A stretch of 64,000 nt of DNA from an uncultured Myxococcales bacterium (GCA_964013405.1 CAXGWI010000003.1:21889-85888), one strand, 5' to 3'; positions 18,061 to 28,106 are shown, counted from the first letter of the stretch. Program-made: numbers and translations. The notes: generated from the letters alone by a model not told the origin.

Positions 18061-19677
18061 TTACTTCTTCTTACCCCGCTGGTAACGCATCTTGTCGGCC
18101 AGCAAGCGGAACTCGTAGACCAGCCGGGTATAGTCCCGGTTGCCCTTGTCGCTCTCGATGATCTGCTCGACCGTCGAAAGGCCCTTCGAGCCGCCCAAGC
18201 GCCAGAGGGCCCAGAACTTCGCGAAGCGGCTCTCATTGGTCTTATCAACCTCAGAGCTCAGGGTTTTGAGCAACTGATCTCGACTGCCCTCATCCTTAAG
18301 GTAGGCCAGTTCGTAGGCGGCTTTTTCCCGGATCAACGGGTCATCGCTGCTCAGCAGCTTACGGTAACAGACAGCATCGGCCTGGCACTTGTCATAGACT
18401 CGAACCTTGCGCAGATGGCCCTCCATCATCATCCGGACTTTCCCATTGGTTTCAGCCTTCACCATCTTCTCAAGTTCAGCGGCCACTCGACCGTCGCCGG
18501 CCCGGGTTGCATTTTCGATGGTGAACCGGCGGATTTCGACCTCACTCTTGTCGCAGTGCTTGGCATCGTAACCCATGCGCTTGCAGTCCCGACGATACTC
18601 ATTGCGCTCCCCTTGGCGCAGCAATGAAAGGGCTGCTTGTCGGTCGCCAATGCGTGCGATGGAACGACCGAAGTACTCGCGGACCGTCAGGTTATTGAGT
18701 TGCTTCATAATGGTTTTGATGGCGAAGGACTCGCCGGTCCGCCCCATGGCTTCCACCAGTTTAAAAACCATCGTTTGATTGGCTTTGGGGCTGATGACCT
18801 TGTCAAACATCCCCACCTGAGCCTCGGTCAGGCCGATATCGGATAGAACTTCGCCCACCTTTGAGCGAAGGACCCAACACACTTTCTCTTTTGCATCTTG
18901 GCACAGCTTGGAGCCCTGAATGAGCCCATTGGCCACCTTGTTCTTGCCTTCGAAGGTGTTCGCCAACTTCTCCACCACGACCGGATGCATACGCATCTGG
19001 TACAAAGAGAAGCTCGCCTCAGGGTAAAAGGAGACTCCACGCTCCTTGAAGAGGTAGGTGATCAGTGTATCTGCCGAACTGGGGTCTCTCAGGTCACCAA
19101 GGGCCATGATGGCATTCTTGATAATGAAGTTGTTGTCATGGTCCTCAATGATATCGAGTAGGACCTTCGTCCCCTTCTTATCTTGCAACATTCCAACCAC
19201 ACGAATGGCGACCAATGCGGTCTGGGCGTTGCCGGAATTCACGTAAGGAGTCACTTCATCGATCGTCCCGGCGGGAAGCTTCTCTCCCTTGCGGAGCAAC
19301 TGCTTCAGTCCCGTCAAAATCGAACGATTCGCTGCGTTGAGCGCTTCTTCTCTCGAGGTCGCCGGCACCAGACCGCCGGGGTCGAGTCCCTTGAGTAGCG
19401 CAGGGACGACTTCCATACCCCAGCCATCGGTCAACACAGCCGCCAGGGCCGCTCGATGGGGACCAGGATTTTCAAAGGCCGCGAGCATATCCTCTTTGGC
19501 CCCGGGCACTTTTTGAACCAAAAAGACCAGGTTACGAAGGGACTCTGCCGCCTTGGCTCGCTCCCTCTCGTCGGCACTGTTCAGTGCCTCTAATGCAACC
19601 TTTTCGGGGGCTGGCTCCTCGGGAGCACAGGCTCCCAGTGCCAACAGAAGAGTCAAACTGGCCAGGGCAAGACGCAT
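18061..19677 (-). CDS. HEAT-repeat lipoprotein
   Basis: ATG 19677; 'LGAC' lipobox; repeated helical units such as 'KNAIMALGDLRD' and 'DPLIREKAAYELA'; several Cys pairs. Confidence 0.75.
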   Translation of the reverse strand: MRLALASLTLLLALGACAPEEPAPEKVALEALNSADERERAKAAESLRNLVFLVQKVPGAKEDMLAAFENPGPHRAALAAVLTDGWGMEVVPALLKGLDPGGLVPATSREEALNAANRSILTGLKQLLRKGEKLPAGTIDEVTPYVNSGNAQTALVAIRVVGMLQDKKGTKVLLDIIEDHDNNFIIKNAIMALGDLRDPSSADTLITYLFKERGVSFYPEASFSLYQMRMHPVVVEKLANTFEGKNKVANGLIQGSKLCQDAKEKVCWVLRSKVGEVLSDIGLTEAQVGMFDKVISPKANQTMVFKLVEAMGRTGESFAIKTIMKQLNNLTVREYFGRSIARIGDRQAALSLLRQGERNEYRRDCKRMGYDAKHCDKSEVEIRRFTIENATRAGDGRVAAELEKMVKAETNGKVRMMMEGHLRKVRVYDKCQADAVCYRKLLSSDDPLIREKAAYELAYLKDEGSRDQLLKTLSSEVDKTNESRFAKFWALWRLGGSKGLSTVEQIIESDKGNRDYTRLVYEFRLLADKMRYQRGKKK

Positions 19678-19714
19678 CAGAGTAGCTCCAGAAAACCGCG
19701 GGAAACTGCTACTC

Positions 19715-20380
19715 CTAATGTCCGGTGCGCGCAACCGCCCGTCGACGGAGCGAGGGCAAGATTCGAAACAGGCCCAGGACTTGGGCAAGGAGTGCCAACG
19801 CGGGCAGAAGGGCCCACAAGCTCAATCGATAGCTCAACTCGGGGGGGATTCCCGGATTCCAAAAGGCGTAGACCATGGCCAGAATGACGAACAAGATGAC
19901 CATCTGACGCAGCAGGGTCGCCGTGTCCTGAATTCGGTGGCGCAGGTTTCGTTCGAAGCCGATGAATGCGATCTCCGCGAGGACAAGCAGGAGCAATAGA
20001 ATGCCGCCGGTTTCAATGCCGGGGACGGCCTGTTGAAAGCCTGGGGTGGTCACCACGTACCAGGGCAGGAAGAGGGTGACGAAGGTGGCACAGGAGACGA
20101 CCAACATGCGCACAGACTGACTGTCCAGCCGAGCGAGCAGACCTTCAAGGTCCTGGACCGCCTGATCCAATTCCTGAACACCGGTCCGGGGCAACCGCAG
20201 CGGCGCTTGCAGGGGCGTCCTTGGGTCGGCCGGCGTCACCTCCGCGGTCAGATCAAAGTCGAGTTGTGCCTCGCCGCCGCCCGGTTGGGTGGCCTCCAAG
20301 GTCACATCCTCCGCGTCCCCGCCGGCCGTGTCCATCTCCAGGATCGGCCGGACGTCTGTCACTTCCTCATCGTCGATCAC
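19715..20380 (-). CDS. Hypothetical membrane protein (acidic N-terminus, about 4 TM helices)
   Basis: Four hydrophobic segments; 'FLPWY' motif; 4-bp overlap with the cyclase stop. Confidence 0.6.
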   Translation of the reverse strand: MIDDEEVTDVRPILEMDTAGGDAEDVTLEATQPGGGEAQLDFDLTAEVTPADPRTPLQAPLRLPRTGVQELDQAVQDLEGLLARLDSQSVRMLVVSCATFVTLFLPWYVVTTPGFQQAVPGIETGGILLLLLVLAEIAFIGFERNLRHRIQDTATLLRQMVILFVILAMVYAFWNPGIPPELSYRLSLWALLPALALLAQVLGLFRILPSLRRRAVARTGH

Positions 20381-23355
20381 GTGACTTCAGTCCAATGATG
20401 GTGGATCTGCGCGTCGAAGAGATCGCCGCGGACCACGCCAAGGTACGAACCCGCAGCCCGGAGCAACTCCCGATCAAAGCGCCGGGGGAGGCCTTGCAGT
20501 TGGTCGACCACATCAAGCCAGGCGGAAACATCTCGACTCAGAGCACAAGCGGCCAGAGCAGCCCAACCCTGCTCTGCGTTCTCAGTGATCCGGGCTAATG
20601 CAGCGAGGGCCACCGCCCGATCGCCGGGGGCGCCGGCGGCCTGAGCGGCCTCGAGGAGTTCCATCGCCCGTTGCGCCACATCATCATCCCGGCGGCGACG
20701 GTCGACCATCAGGCCGATGCGCTGGGCCTGGCGGCGCAAGCGCAAAAGCCCCCGTTCGCTGCAGTTTTTGAGCAAGGGTGCCAATAAGGCCCTGGCCTCA
20801 TCACCTTCCTCCTCAGCGTCTTTGAGTTGAATCCAGAGCAACTGGAGTCGAAGCTGAAACAACTCGCTTTTGAGGCCTTCGGCCAGTCGAGCACCATTCT
20901 CAAGCATCCCATGCGCTTCTTCCACCCGACCGGCGGCCAACACCAAGGCAACGTGGTCGACCAGAACCTCGAGTCGAAGTGCGGAAGAGTTGGCCGCAGG
21001 TAGTTTTTTCTCCGCAGCCTCAAGAATTTCCATGGCGAGGCTACTGGCCCCTTGGCGAAAGGCGAGCCGGGCGGTCAGCAAATCACGCTGAACCTGATGA
21101 ACAGGCTGCAGATCAAACTCACCCATGCGCTCAAGACAACGGCCAGTCCGCCTGGTGAATCCAAGGGACTCCGCGGCCTCGGCTTGCGTCAGCCAGACAA
21201 AGGCTTGCAACTCCGGCGGCGTCTGCGGGCTCAGGGCATCTCCTGCTTCCCGAGCGACTTCGCTGGCCCCTTTGAGATCATCCTGCTCAAGTAGCAGTTG
21301 GGCCCGTAGGGCGAGGCGCTCAGGATGAGCTTCCGGAGCCCCCTCTAAGACCGCCAAAGCCTGCTTCACGTTGCCATCTTGCAGCCACAGACGCTCCGCT
21401 TGGAGCGAGACCTCAAGATCGCCACTCAGGGTTGGTTGCTGGATGGGCAGCCGATCAACGTCCAAGTTGGGCATCAGTTCTGGTGTTGGACTCTCGGCCG
21501 ATGCCAACATCAGATGTCGGGCCAATTGGGACCGCAGCACGGGATGCCGGCCATCGACCCGCGACGCCAACCAGTCGGCGACCCGCTGGTGCAGGGTCTG
21601 CCGTAGGACCTGGGGGAGCATCTTTGCGGCCACCTCAGTCACCATCGTGTTGACGATCTGGTAGGCTTTGGTCTCAGGAAGACTCTTGTCTTGATAGCGC
21701 CTCAACCAGCCCTGCTCGATAAGGTATTCAAGGGCGGCAGCCACCTCAACGGCATCGCCGATGGCAATACGCTCCGCAACGGGATGCCAAAAGACCCGAC
21801 CCACCGCTGCACAGCGCTGCAGTAAATACCTGGGCGTCCGCGGGAGTTGGTCGATCCGGGCTTGGAGTAACTCCCGTAGTGAGCCTGGCAGGCTCGCCTC
21901 CAACTGCCGGCCCCCGTCTAACTCCCATCGGCCCGACTCCGATCGCTGGATCACCCCCTCATGGCGCCAGGCATCAACCAACTCAACGAGGTGGGCTGGC
22001 GTTCCCCCGCTCATATCGGAAAGTTGGGCGAGCAGTTCATCGCTACACTGCCCCAGATTGACCTCGATCCAATCGAGAAAGCCATCGCCGGACAATGGCC
22101 CGAGCTCCAAGACCTGGCTCACCTCTAAATCGGTAATTCCAGCATCTTCAAAGCTCGGCGTCGGCAGGGACGACAGCAGAATAAAACCGGTACCAGATGT
22201 CTCTGCCCACATCTGGAGCCAGGCGATCGAAGCGATATCAAGTTGGTGCGCCTCTTCGACGATGATGTTCCCGACGGCCATTCTTTTCGTCTCAAGGAGC
22301 GCCTTCCATGCTTCCAGTCCAGCGCTTTGGTCCATGGTCCCCACCGCGCCCGGTAGCCCATGAAGTCTGGCCAAGGGGTCGGCCAAATGGGCGTGCTCGC
22401 CCAACCAATAGGTCAGGCTAGCCGTGTCCGGTATCAGATGGACATCACCGCTAATTTCGGCGGCGAGCAACTGGACCGGTAAGGAGAGGGGAGCCGTCGC
22501 GATGATCGGATCCAAACGGAGGTGATGGTACGTATCACTCAACCCCTCACAAAACACTTCGAGTAAATGCCCGCGCCCAAAACCACGCTGCCCCTCCAAG
22601 ATGACCACTTGGCGACGGGCCTTTCCCTCTTCGTAGAAGGCCTGGAGAGCGGCGAGTTCACGATCTCGACCGACGAGGCGCTCCCGGTCGCTGTGTCGTG
22701 ACGACTCAAAGCGATCCCGAATCCCTAAGACGAGAAATGATGGCTCCGGTCGATCCCGACCCTTGAGTCGCAATTCTCCAACGGGGGCCAAATCGAAACG
22801 GCGGCTCACCTGCTTAGCGGTGGTTTCCCCCACCATGACCTGCCCGGCGCCAGCGGCACTTTCGAGGCGGGCGGCCACGTTGACGGTGTCCCCAATCACC
22901 GTAAACTCTGAAGCCCGGCCTAGGGGCCCAGCGATCACCTCACCGGTGTTGATGCCAACACGCATCTGCAAATCGAGGCCCATCTGCCCACCGATTTCGG
23001 CGACGACCGTATGAATCGCAAGACCACATAAGACCGCTCGCTCTGCGTCATCCCCACTGGCTTTGGGCACACCAAAGAGGGCCATGATGGCGTCACCGAT
23101 GATCTTATCAACGCTCCCTCCATGGGACTCCACCAACTTGCTTAAACGACCAAACAACTGGTTCATCAGTCGCTGAACAATCTCAGCGTCCATACCCTCG
23201 GCCATGTTGGTGAATGACTTCACGTCGGCGAAAAGGACGGTACACCAGCGGCGCTCGACCTGGGAGGAGGTCACCACACTCAGACCGCAATGGTGGCAGT
23301 AATTGGCCTCGGCCAAGAGGACTGTCTGGCAGTTCGTACAGACTCTTTCCGTCAT
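20377..23355 (-). CDS. Class III adenylate/guanylate cyclase fused to zinc ribbon, STAND-type NTPase and TPR-like domains
   Basis: 'CTNC...CHHCG'; 'FADVKSFT', 'VDKIIGDAIMA', 'RVGINTG', 'GDTVNVAARLE'; 'LVGRDREL', 'SGGTP', 'LQARIDQL'. Confidence 0.9.
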   Translation of the reverse strand: MTERVCTNCQTVLLAEANYCHHCGLSVVTSSQVERRWCTVLFADVKSFTNMAEGMDAEIVQRLMNQLFGRLSKLVESHGGSVDKIIGDAIMALFGVPKASGDDAERAVLCGLAIHTVVAEIGGQMGLDLQMRVGINTGEVIAGPLGRASEFTVIGDTVNVAARLESAAGAGQVMVGETTAKQVSRRFDLAPVGELRLKGRDRPEPSFLVLGIRDRFESSRHSDRERLVGRDRELAALQAFYEEGKARRQVVILEGQRGFGRGHLLEVFCEGLSDTYHHLRLDPIIATAPLSLPVQLLAAEISGDVHLIPDTASLTYWLGEHAHLADPLARLHGLPGAVGTMDQSAGLEAWKALLETKRMAVGNIIVEEAHQLDIASIAWLQMWAETSGTGFILLSSLPTPSFEDAGITDLEVSQVLELGPLSGDGFLDWIEVNLGQCSDELLAQLSDMSGGTPAHLVELVDAWRHEGVIQRSESGRWELDGGRQLEASLPGSLRELLQARIDQLPRTPRYLLQRCAAVGRVFWHPVAERIAIGDAVEVAAALEYLIEQGWLRRYQDKSLPETKAYQIVNTMVTEVAAKMLPQVLRQTLHQRVADWLASRVDGRHPVLRSQLARHLMLASAESPTPELMPNLDVDRLPIQQPTLSGDLEVSLQAERLWLQDGNVKQALAVLEGAPEAHPERLALRAQLLLEQDDLKGASEVAREAGDALSPQTPPELQAFVWLTQAEAAESLGFTRRTGRCLERMGEFDLQPVHQVQRDLLTARLAFRQGASSLAMEILEAAEKKLPAANSSALRLEVLVDHVALVLAAGRVEEAHGMLENGARLAEGLKSELFQLRLQLLWIQLKDAEEEGDEARALLAPLLKNCSERGLLRLRRQAQRIGLMVDRRRRDDDVAQRAMELLEAAQAAGAPGDRAVALAALARITENAEQGWAALAACALSRDVSAWLDVVDQLQGLPRRFDRELLRAAGSYLGVVRGDLFDAQIHHHWTEVT

Positions 23356-23481
23356 GATCCTTCAATACGACGACTCAGCCCGTAACACCAAACTTCGTGC
23401 GCCGCGCCCGCGAGGGATACAGGGCGCTTGAACCGGCGGCGGGGCTCCTGTACAGCCGCCCCCGCCCTGCAGGAGTCGTTC

Positions 23482-25017
23482 ATGAGTACTCTGAACACCT
23501 TAGTTGCCAAGATTATGGTCATTGGCATCATTCTGGCCTTTATTATCAACTTTGGTCCCCAAGCCGGTACGGCCTGTCAGCCGAACCAAGGGCCAGCGAT
23601 CGTGGTCAACGGCGAGGAGGTCAGCGCACAGGAATACAGTCGCGCCTACACCCAGCAACTTCGCCAACGCACGCAACAGAGCCGGGGCGAGTTCACCATT
23701 GAGCAAGCTCAAGCTGAAGGCTTTCCTAAAAAAGTCGCAGATCTTCTCGTTGAGACTCGCCTCCTTGCGGCCGAAGCGAAACGGCGAGGCCTTGAAGTCG
23801 GCGATGTCGAACTCCGTGATGAGTTGAAGAGGATCTTCGACGGCGTGATGCCAGAGGGAGCCTGGGACCAAGAAGAATACGAGCTGCGGGTGAGGAGCAC
23901 CGACATGTCGGTGCCAGAGTTTGAAAGCAGCCTACGGCGTCAACTCAGTGCCCAGAAAGTCACGGATGCCCTCATGTGGGCTGCAGAACCGACTCAAGCC
24001 GAACTCAAAGACGCTTACCAACTGAATGAGAATCGGGCCCGCTTCCAGATGGTCTTGGTCAAACTGGCTGCCTTTGAAAGTAAGATCGAACAGCCCGATG
24101 CCGATGCGGTCCAGGCCTGGGCCGAAGCGAATGGGGACAAGATTCAAGAGGCTTACGATGGGGACGAGGCCCGCTGGACCCAAAGTGAAGAGGTCAAAGC
24201 TCGGCACATCCTGGCCAAGGTCTCAAAGGGTGCGGACCTAGATGAGAAGAAGAAGGCAAAGGCAAAAATTGAAGCGGTGATCGGCAAGCTCAAAGACGGC
24301 GCCGACTTTGTCGAATTGGCGAAAACAGAAAGCGAAGGCCCCAGCGCCAGCAAGGGCGGCGATCTGGGATGGTTCGGTCGTGGTGCCATGGTCAAACCCT
24401 TCGAAGAGGCGGCTTTTGCCCTGGAGCCTGGTGGCTTGAGCGGCGTGGTTGAAAGCTCCTTTGGGTTTCACGTCATCAAAGTCGAAGAAAAGAAGGCTGC
24501 TGGGAAAACCCCTCTCAAAGATGCCCGCAGCGAGTTGGCCAAAGAGCTGATGACGAAGGCACAAACGAGCGCCCTTGCGCGGGCTGAAGCCGACCGAATT
24601 CAGGCCCTCAATACCGCGGAAGGCTTCGAAGGCCTGGAGAAGACATTCACCGGCACAGCCACCGAAACCAACCCGATGGAACTGAAGGCTTCCGATAGCA
24701 ATTGGCTCCGATTGGACAGCCGAAGCGTTCCAGGCCTGGGCAGTTCCCCGGGCTTGGCCCACCGGCTGCTCCAGCAAAAAGACAAGGGCCCATGCCCTCG
24801 GGTCTACTCCACCGAAGAGGGCTTTCTCGTCTGCCAGTTGACCGACCGCAAAGAGGCAGACGATGCCGGCTTCGCTGGGGCCGTCGAGAACCTTCGCTTT
24901 GGGCTGAAGTACCCCCGACAGAGTCGGCTGCGCCAGGAGCTGGTTCAGCGCCTACGACGAGACGCAGAAGTCGAAATCAACTGGGAGATCGTCCGGGTTC
25001 CGGGGAGCCGGGGCTAA
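23482..25017 (+). CDS. ppiD: PpiD/SurA-like periplasmic chaperone, parvulin PPIase
   Basis: N-terminal TM; 'VNGEEVS'; 'VKARHIL', 'GGDLGWFGRGAMVKPFEEAAF', 'SSFGFHVIKV'; AGGAG RBS. Confidence 0.8.
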   Translation: MSTLNTLVAKIMVIGIILAFIINFGPQAGTACQPNQGPAIVVNGEEVSAQEYSRAYTQQLRQRTQQSRGEFTIEQAQAEGFPKKVADLLVETRLLAAEAKRRGLEVGDVELRDELKRIFDGVMPEGAWDQEEYELRVRSTDMSVPEFESSLRRQLSAQKVTDALMWAAEPTQAELKDAYQLNENRARFQMVLVKLAAFESKIEQPDADAVQAWAEANGDKIQEAYDGDEARWTQSEEVKARHILAKVSKGADLDEKKKAKAKIEAVIGKLKDGADFVELAKTESEGPSASKGGDLGWFGRGAMVKPFEEAAFALEPGGLSGVVESSFGFHVIKVEEKKAAGKTPLKDARSELAKELMTKAQTSALARAEADRIQALNTAEGFEGLEKTFTGTATETNPMELKASDSNWLRLDSRSVPGLGSSPGLAHRLLQQKDKGPCPRVYSTEEGFLVCQLTDRKEADDAGFAGAVENLRFGLKYPRQSRLRQELVQRLRRDAEVEINWEIVRVPGSRG

Positions 25018-25069
25018 GCTGCAATCAGAGGCTTAACCTCAGCACCAACTTCGCGTTAAGGAGTGGCTG

Positions 25070-25756
25070 ATGAATGCCACGCTCCTCCTCCTTATTCTCC
25101 TGGGTGAAACGGACCCTTTCGCCAAGGTCTGGGCCCATCTCGACAAGGCAGAATTTGCGGAGGCTCAAGCCGTTGCGGTCGCTCTGGCTGCCGCTCCCGA
25201 TGCCCCACCGGCGCAACAACAAAAGGCTCTAGAGTTAGCCCTCACTGCCGCCTGTAACATCGGCCAGGGGCCCTGCCTTGAAGGCGCCCAGCGCCTGGTC
25301 GACTGGAATCCGTCCTGGCGCCCCGATAGCCGGGCGCAACCGGCCTTGATCGCCGCGGCAAGACAGGCCCGACTCAGTCAGTCCCAGCGCTTGGATGCCC
25401 TTGAGGCCGTCCCTTGGCACAAGACAAAAGGGTGGTGCAGTCCCCCCGGCACCCAACAAATGATCAAAGGGGTTAACCAGGCCAGCGTCTTGGCCTTGGA
25501 GCGCTTGGCCACCCCGTGTGTCACCGCCAGTGAGCGTACGGGCTTCCTTTTGGCACTCGACGCAAACTTTGCCCCCCTCGCCGCCTACGGAAGCCCTGCT
25601 TCACCCCGCCCGCTGGCCCCCCCCCGAGAGCAGGCTTCTCGGGGCTTGATCTTTGCGGCGGCCGGCGCACTCCTCGCAGGGCTCACCGTCGCCGTATACT
25701 TTTTTAGGACCCCCCCCACCGGCGCCCTCGATGTGCGCCTTGAGGTCAGCCCATGA
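25070..25756 (+). CDS. Hypothetical exported helical (TPR-like) protein with C-terminal hydrophobic segment
   Basis: AAGGAG RBS; hydrophobic N-terminus; Ala-rich helices; TM near the C-terminus. Confidence 0.55.
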   Translation: MNATLLLLILLGETDPFAKVWAHLDKAEFAEAQAVAVALAAAPDAPPAQQQKALELALTAACNIGQGPCLEGAQRLVDWNPSWRPDSRAQPALIAAARQARLSQSQRLDALEAVPWHKTKGWCSPPGTQQMIKGVNQASVLALERLATPCVTASERTGFLLALDANFAPLAAYGSPASPRPLAPPREQASRGLIFAAAGALLAGLTVAVYFFRTPPTGALDVRLEVSP

Positions 25757-26133
25757 GAAGCCTCCTATGCTTGCTGCTGGCTGGTTGTGGTCCAGCGACA
25801 GCATCTCTAACCGTCGGCCTCCCTCTCCAGGTGACCTCAGGGGCTGACCGCATCCAACTCAGCGTCTTTGAGTCGCAGACCTGCGAGGGGCTATCACTCC
25901 CGCTGGACGGGAGCATCGAGGCCTCTTCTCAACAAGAATTCAGCAGAGGGGCACTGTCCGACACAACGGGCCAGTCAGCTATTCTCAGTCTAGAGAACGT
26001 CCCTGCAGAGACGGAATTAACGCTAACTGCGGAGGTCTTTGGCCAGGGTGGCTCCTTGCAATTCCAAGGCTGTGAAGAAGGCCTGATGGTTGCATCTGAG
26101 GAGCGCAAACCCGTTGTACTGCGCCTTCACTGA
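25753..26133 (+). CDS. Hypothetical small lipoprotein
   Basis: 'LLLAGC' lipobox; beta-rich; ATGA overlap with the upstream gene. Confidence 0.65.
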   Translation: MRSLLCLLLAGCGPATASLTVGLPLQVTSGADRIQLSVFESQTCEGLSLPLDGSIEASSQQEFSRGALSDTTGQSAILSLENVPAETELTLTAEVFGQGGSLQFQGCEEGLMVASEERKPVVLRLH

Positions 26134-26151
26134 GCCCCTGAGAAAGACAAA

Positions 26152-26188
26152 GAAAAAAAGAAAAACCGCGAACCTAGATTCGCGGTTT
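26152..26188 (-). terminator. Rho-independent terminator after tRNA-Arg
   Basis: Stem aaaccgcgaa/ttcgcggttt (26163-26188) followed by a T-rich run on the minus strand. Confidence 0.8.
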
Positions 26189-26264
26189 GGTGGGCAGGAC
26201 AGGATTTGAACCTGCGACCCTCGGCTTCGGAGGCCGATGCTCTATCCAGCTGAGCTACCCGCCC
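26188..26264 (-). tRNA. tRNA-Arg(CCG)
   Basis: Reverse complement folds into a cloverleaf: acceptor GGGCGGG/CCTGCCC, anticodon arm TCGGC-CT-CCG-AA-GCCGA, GGTTCAAATCC T-arm, encoded CCA. Confidence 0.97.
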
Positions 26265-26300
26265 GGGCGAGGCCGCATGTAGCGAATGGGCCCGGGCCTG

Positions 26301-26332
26301 AAAAGCAGGAAAGGCGCCAATCGGCGCCTTTC
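26301..26332 (-). terminator. Hairpin/terminator between tRNA-Ala and tRNA-Arg
   Basis: Perfect 10-bp stem gaaaggcgcc-aatc-ggcgcctttc (26309-26332) followed by 'ctgctttt' on the minus strand. Confidence 0.65.
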
Positions 26333-26336
26333 TCCG

Positions 26337-26412
26337 TGGTGGAGGTGAGGGGAGTCGAACCCCTGACCCCTTGAATGCCATTCAAGTACTCTACCAACTG
26401 AGCTACACCCCC
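26337..26412 (-). tRNA. tRNA-Ala(GGC)
   Basis: Acceptor GGGGGTG/CACCTCC with the G3:U70 alanine identity pair; anticodon arm CTTGA-AT-GGC-AT-TCAAG; GGTTCGACTCC; CCA end. Confidence 0.97.
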
Positions 26413-26493
26413 ACGGGGCGGGCTCCCTTAAAAGAGGCCTCCCACTGGGGTCAAGTCCTTTGAATCTTATGACCTTTGAGGCTAACTGAAGCC

Positions 26494-27474
26494 ATGGTGT
26501 CATCATACCGAGATAAGCACGGTCGAAGTCTCGAATACCTGAGGGTATCCGTCACAGATCGGTGCAACTTTCGTTGCCCCTACTGTCGACCAGAAACCGG
26601 TGAACTGTATGACCCCCCAGCGGATCATTTAAAGGCCAGCGAAATTGCCCGGGTGGTAAAAACCAGTACTCAACTCGGTGTTCGGGCCGTTCGCTTTACG
26701 GGGGGTGAGCCCCTGCTCCGTCGGGACCTTCCTGAGATCATCGCCGCAGTTCACGGTCTCGGGATCACTGACCTGGCCCTGACCACCAACGCTTGGCGCC
26801 TTGCCCAACGAACGGAAGCCCTTTGGGCCGCCGGACTGAGACGGATCAACGTGAGCCTCGACTCGCTGAGCCCGGAGCGATTCCAGCGCTTGTCGGGGGG
26901 TCTCGATATCACACCGACCCTAGAGGGCATTCACGGGGCCGTGGCCAGGGGCTTTGAGGTCAAAACCAACACGGTGGTCATGGGCGGAGAAAACGATGGC
27001 GAACTGCTTCACCTCGCCCAGTTCGCTTGGGATCTCGGCCTGACGCCACGATTCATCGAGTTGATGCCCATTGGGGCCGGCGCCCTGGCCACCCACCGAA
27101 GAGTGGACGCTCAGCAGATCCTTGGGGCCTTTGATGTCGTGCCCGAATCACCGGATGAAGCTCGGGCCTATGGCCGCGGCCCGGCCGACTACTGGTACCA
27201 CGAGGGCAAGAAACATCAGAAGCTCGGTGTCATCGGCGCAACCACGCGAAACTTTTGCGCTAGCTGCAACCGCGCTCGCCTGACGGCCACCGGCGGTCTT
27301 AGGCCCTGCCTAGCTTCGAATCTAGGCTACGAATTACGACCGCTTCTTCGCCGCGCCTGCGGCGAGGATGAACTCCTTAATGGCATGCTCCTGGCCATGG
27401 GCTTGAAACCGGAAGGCCACCGCTTTGAAGAGGGTTATGCTGGCGAGAACGCCATGCGGGGGATCGGCGGCTAG
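26494..27474 (+). CDS. moaA: GTP 3',8-cyclase (molybdenum cofactor biosynthesis)
   Basis: 'YLRVSVTDRCNFRCPYC' radical SAM motif, 'TGGEP', 'FIELMP', 'FCASCNRARL...PCL', C-terminal 'MRGIGG'. Confidence 0.96.
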   Translation: MVSSYRDKHGRSLEYLRVSVTDRCNFRCPYCRPETGELYDPPADHLKASEIARVVKTSTQLGVRAVRFTGGEPLLRRDLPEIIAAVHGLGITDLALTTNAWRLAQRTEALWAAGLRRINVSLDSLSPERFQRLSGGLDITPTLEGIHGAVARGFEVKTNTVVMGGENDGELLHLAQFAWDLGLTPRFIELMPIGAGALATHRRVDAQQILGAFDVVPESPDEARAYGRGPADYWYHEGKKHQKLGVIGATTRNFCASCNRARLTATGGLRPCLASNLGYELRPLLRRACGEDELLNGMLLAMGLKPEGHRFEEGYAGENAMRGIGG

Positions 27475-28106
27475 CTTCGCCCCCGACGGCGCCCACGACC
27501 CCCCTGGCCGCCCCAGCGCTGTCGCCCTTGCCGAAAGATCACAAAGGTGAGGATCAAAATACCGGCAAGAAAGAGCCACGCGGTGCTGCCACCGTAGGCA
27601 TTGCGTAATTCGGACTCGGTTTTGCGCACCAGGCCATCAAAGTGACTTCCAAAACGCTCCTTAGAGCGGAGGGCGAGGGCGTAGGCCATGGCCGTTTCAC
27701 CCCCACGAATCGCACTATGGATCGCCATCTCTGCGGCCCAGATGTTGTCCGGCTCCAACTCGTAGAGGCTTTGGCCCAGTCGCCGGGCCTCCTTAAACTT
27801 GGTCTCTAAAAACGTGCGCTCCAGGGCAATCCGAAGGCCCCAGCGATTGTCAGCTTTGACCGTCGTCGTCTCAATGACGGCCTTCGCCACACTGCGGGCC
27901 GGCTCCGCTGCGTTGCTCCCGCAATCCTTGATCACTGCCTGATCCCTCAATCGCCAACCGGCAAGACAGTAGTCGATCCAGGCTTCCGAGTTACCACTCT
28001 GTACCTCAAGGAGCAGCGCCGACTCAGACCGCAGGCCGGTCCAATCACCGGGTTCCGTGGGCAAATCCGCCGCTGCGAAAACCAAGAGAAATAGAGGCAT
28101 CATCAT
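27471..28106 (-). CDS. Hypothetical exported helical protein with C-terminal TM and Arg/Gly tail; last gene of the BMC operon
   Basis: ATG overlaps the stop of the BMC-T gene (ATGA 28103-28106); signal peptide; TPR-like helices; TM 'AWLFLAGILILTFVIF'. Confidence 0.65.
   Translation of the reverse strand: MMMPLFLLVFAAADLPTEPGDWTGLRSESALLLEVQSGNSEAWIDYCLAGWRLRDQAVIKDCGSNAAEPARSVAKAVIETTTVKADNRWGLRIALERTFLETKFKEARRLGQSLYELEPDNIWAAEMAIHSAIRGGETAMAYALALRSKERFGSHFDGLVRKTESELRNAYGGSTAWLFLAGILILTFVIFRQGRQRWGGQGGRGRRRGRS

Noticed and set aside
25070..26412. tRNA genes as an island integration site
   Set aside because: No integrase, no duplicated tRNA 3' end seen in the window, and no evident compositional shift.
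26494..27474. moaA as part of the BMC pathway
   Set aside because: It is convergent on the opposite strand, an ordinary Moco gene, and has no encapsulation peptide.
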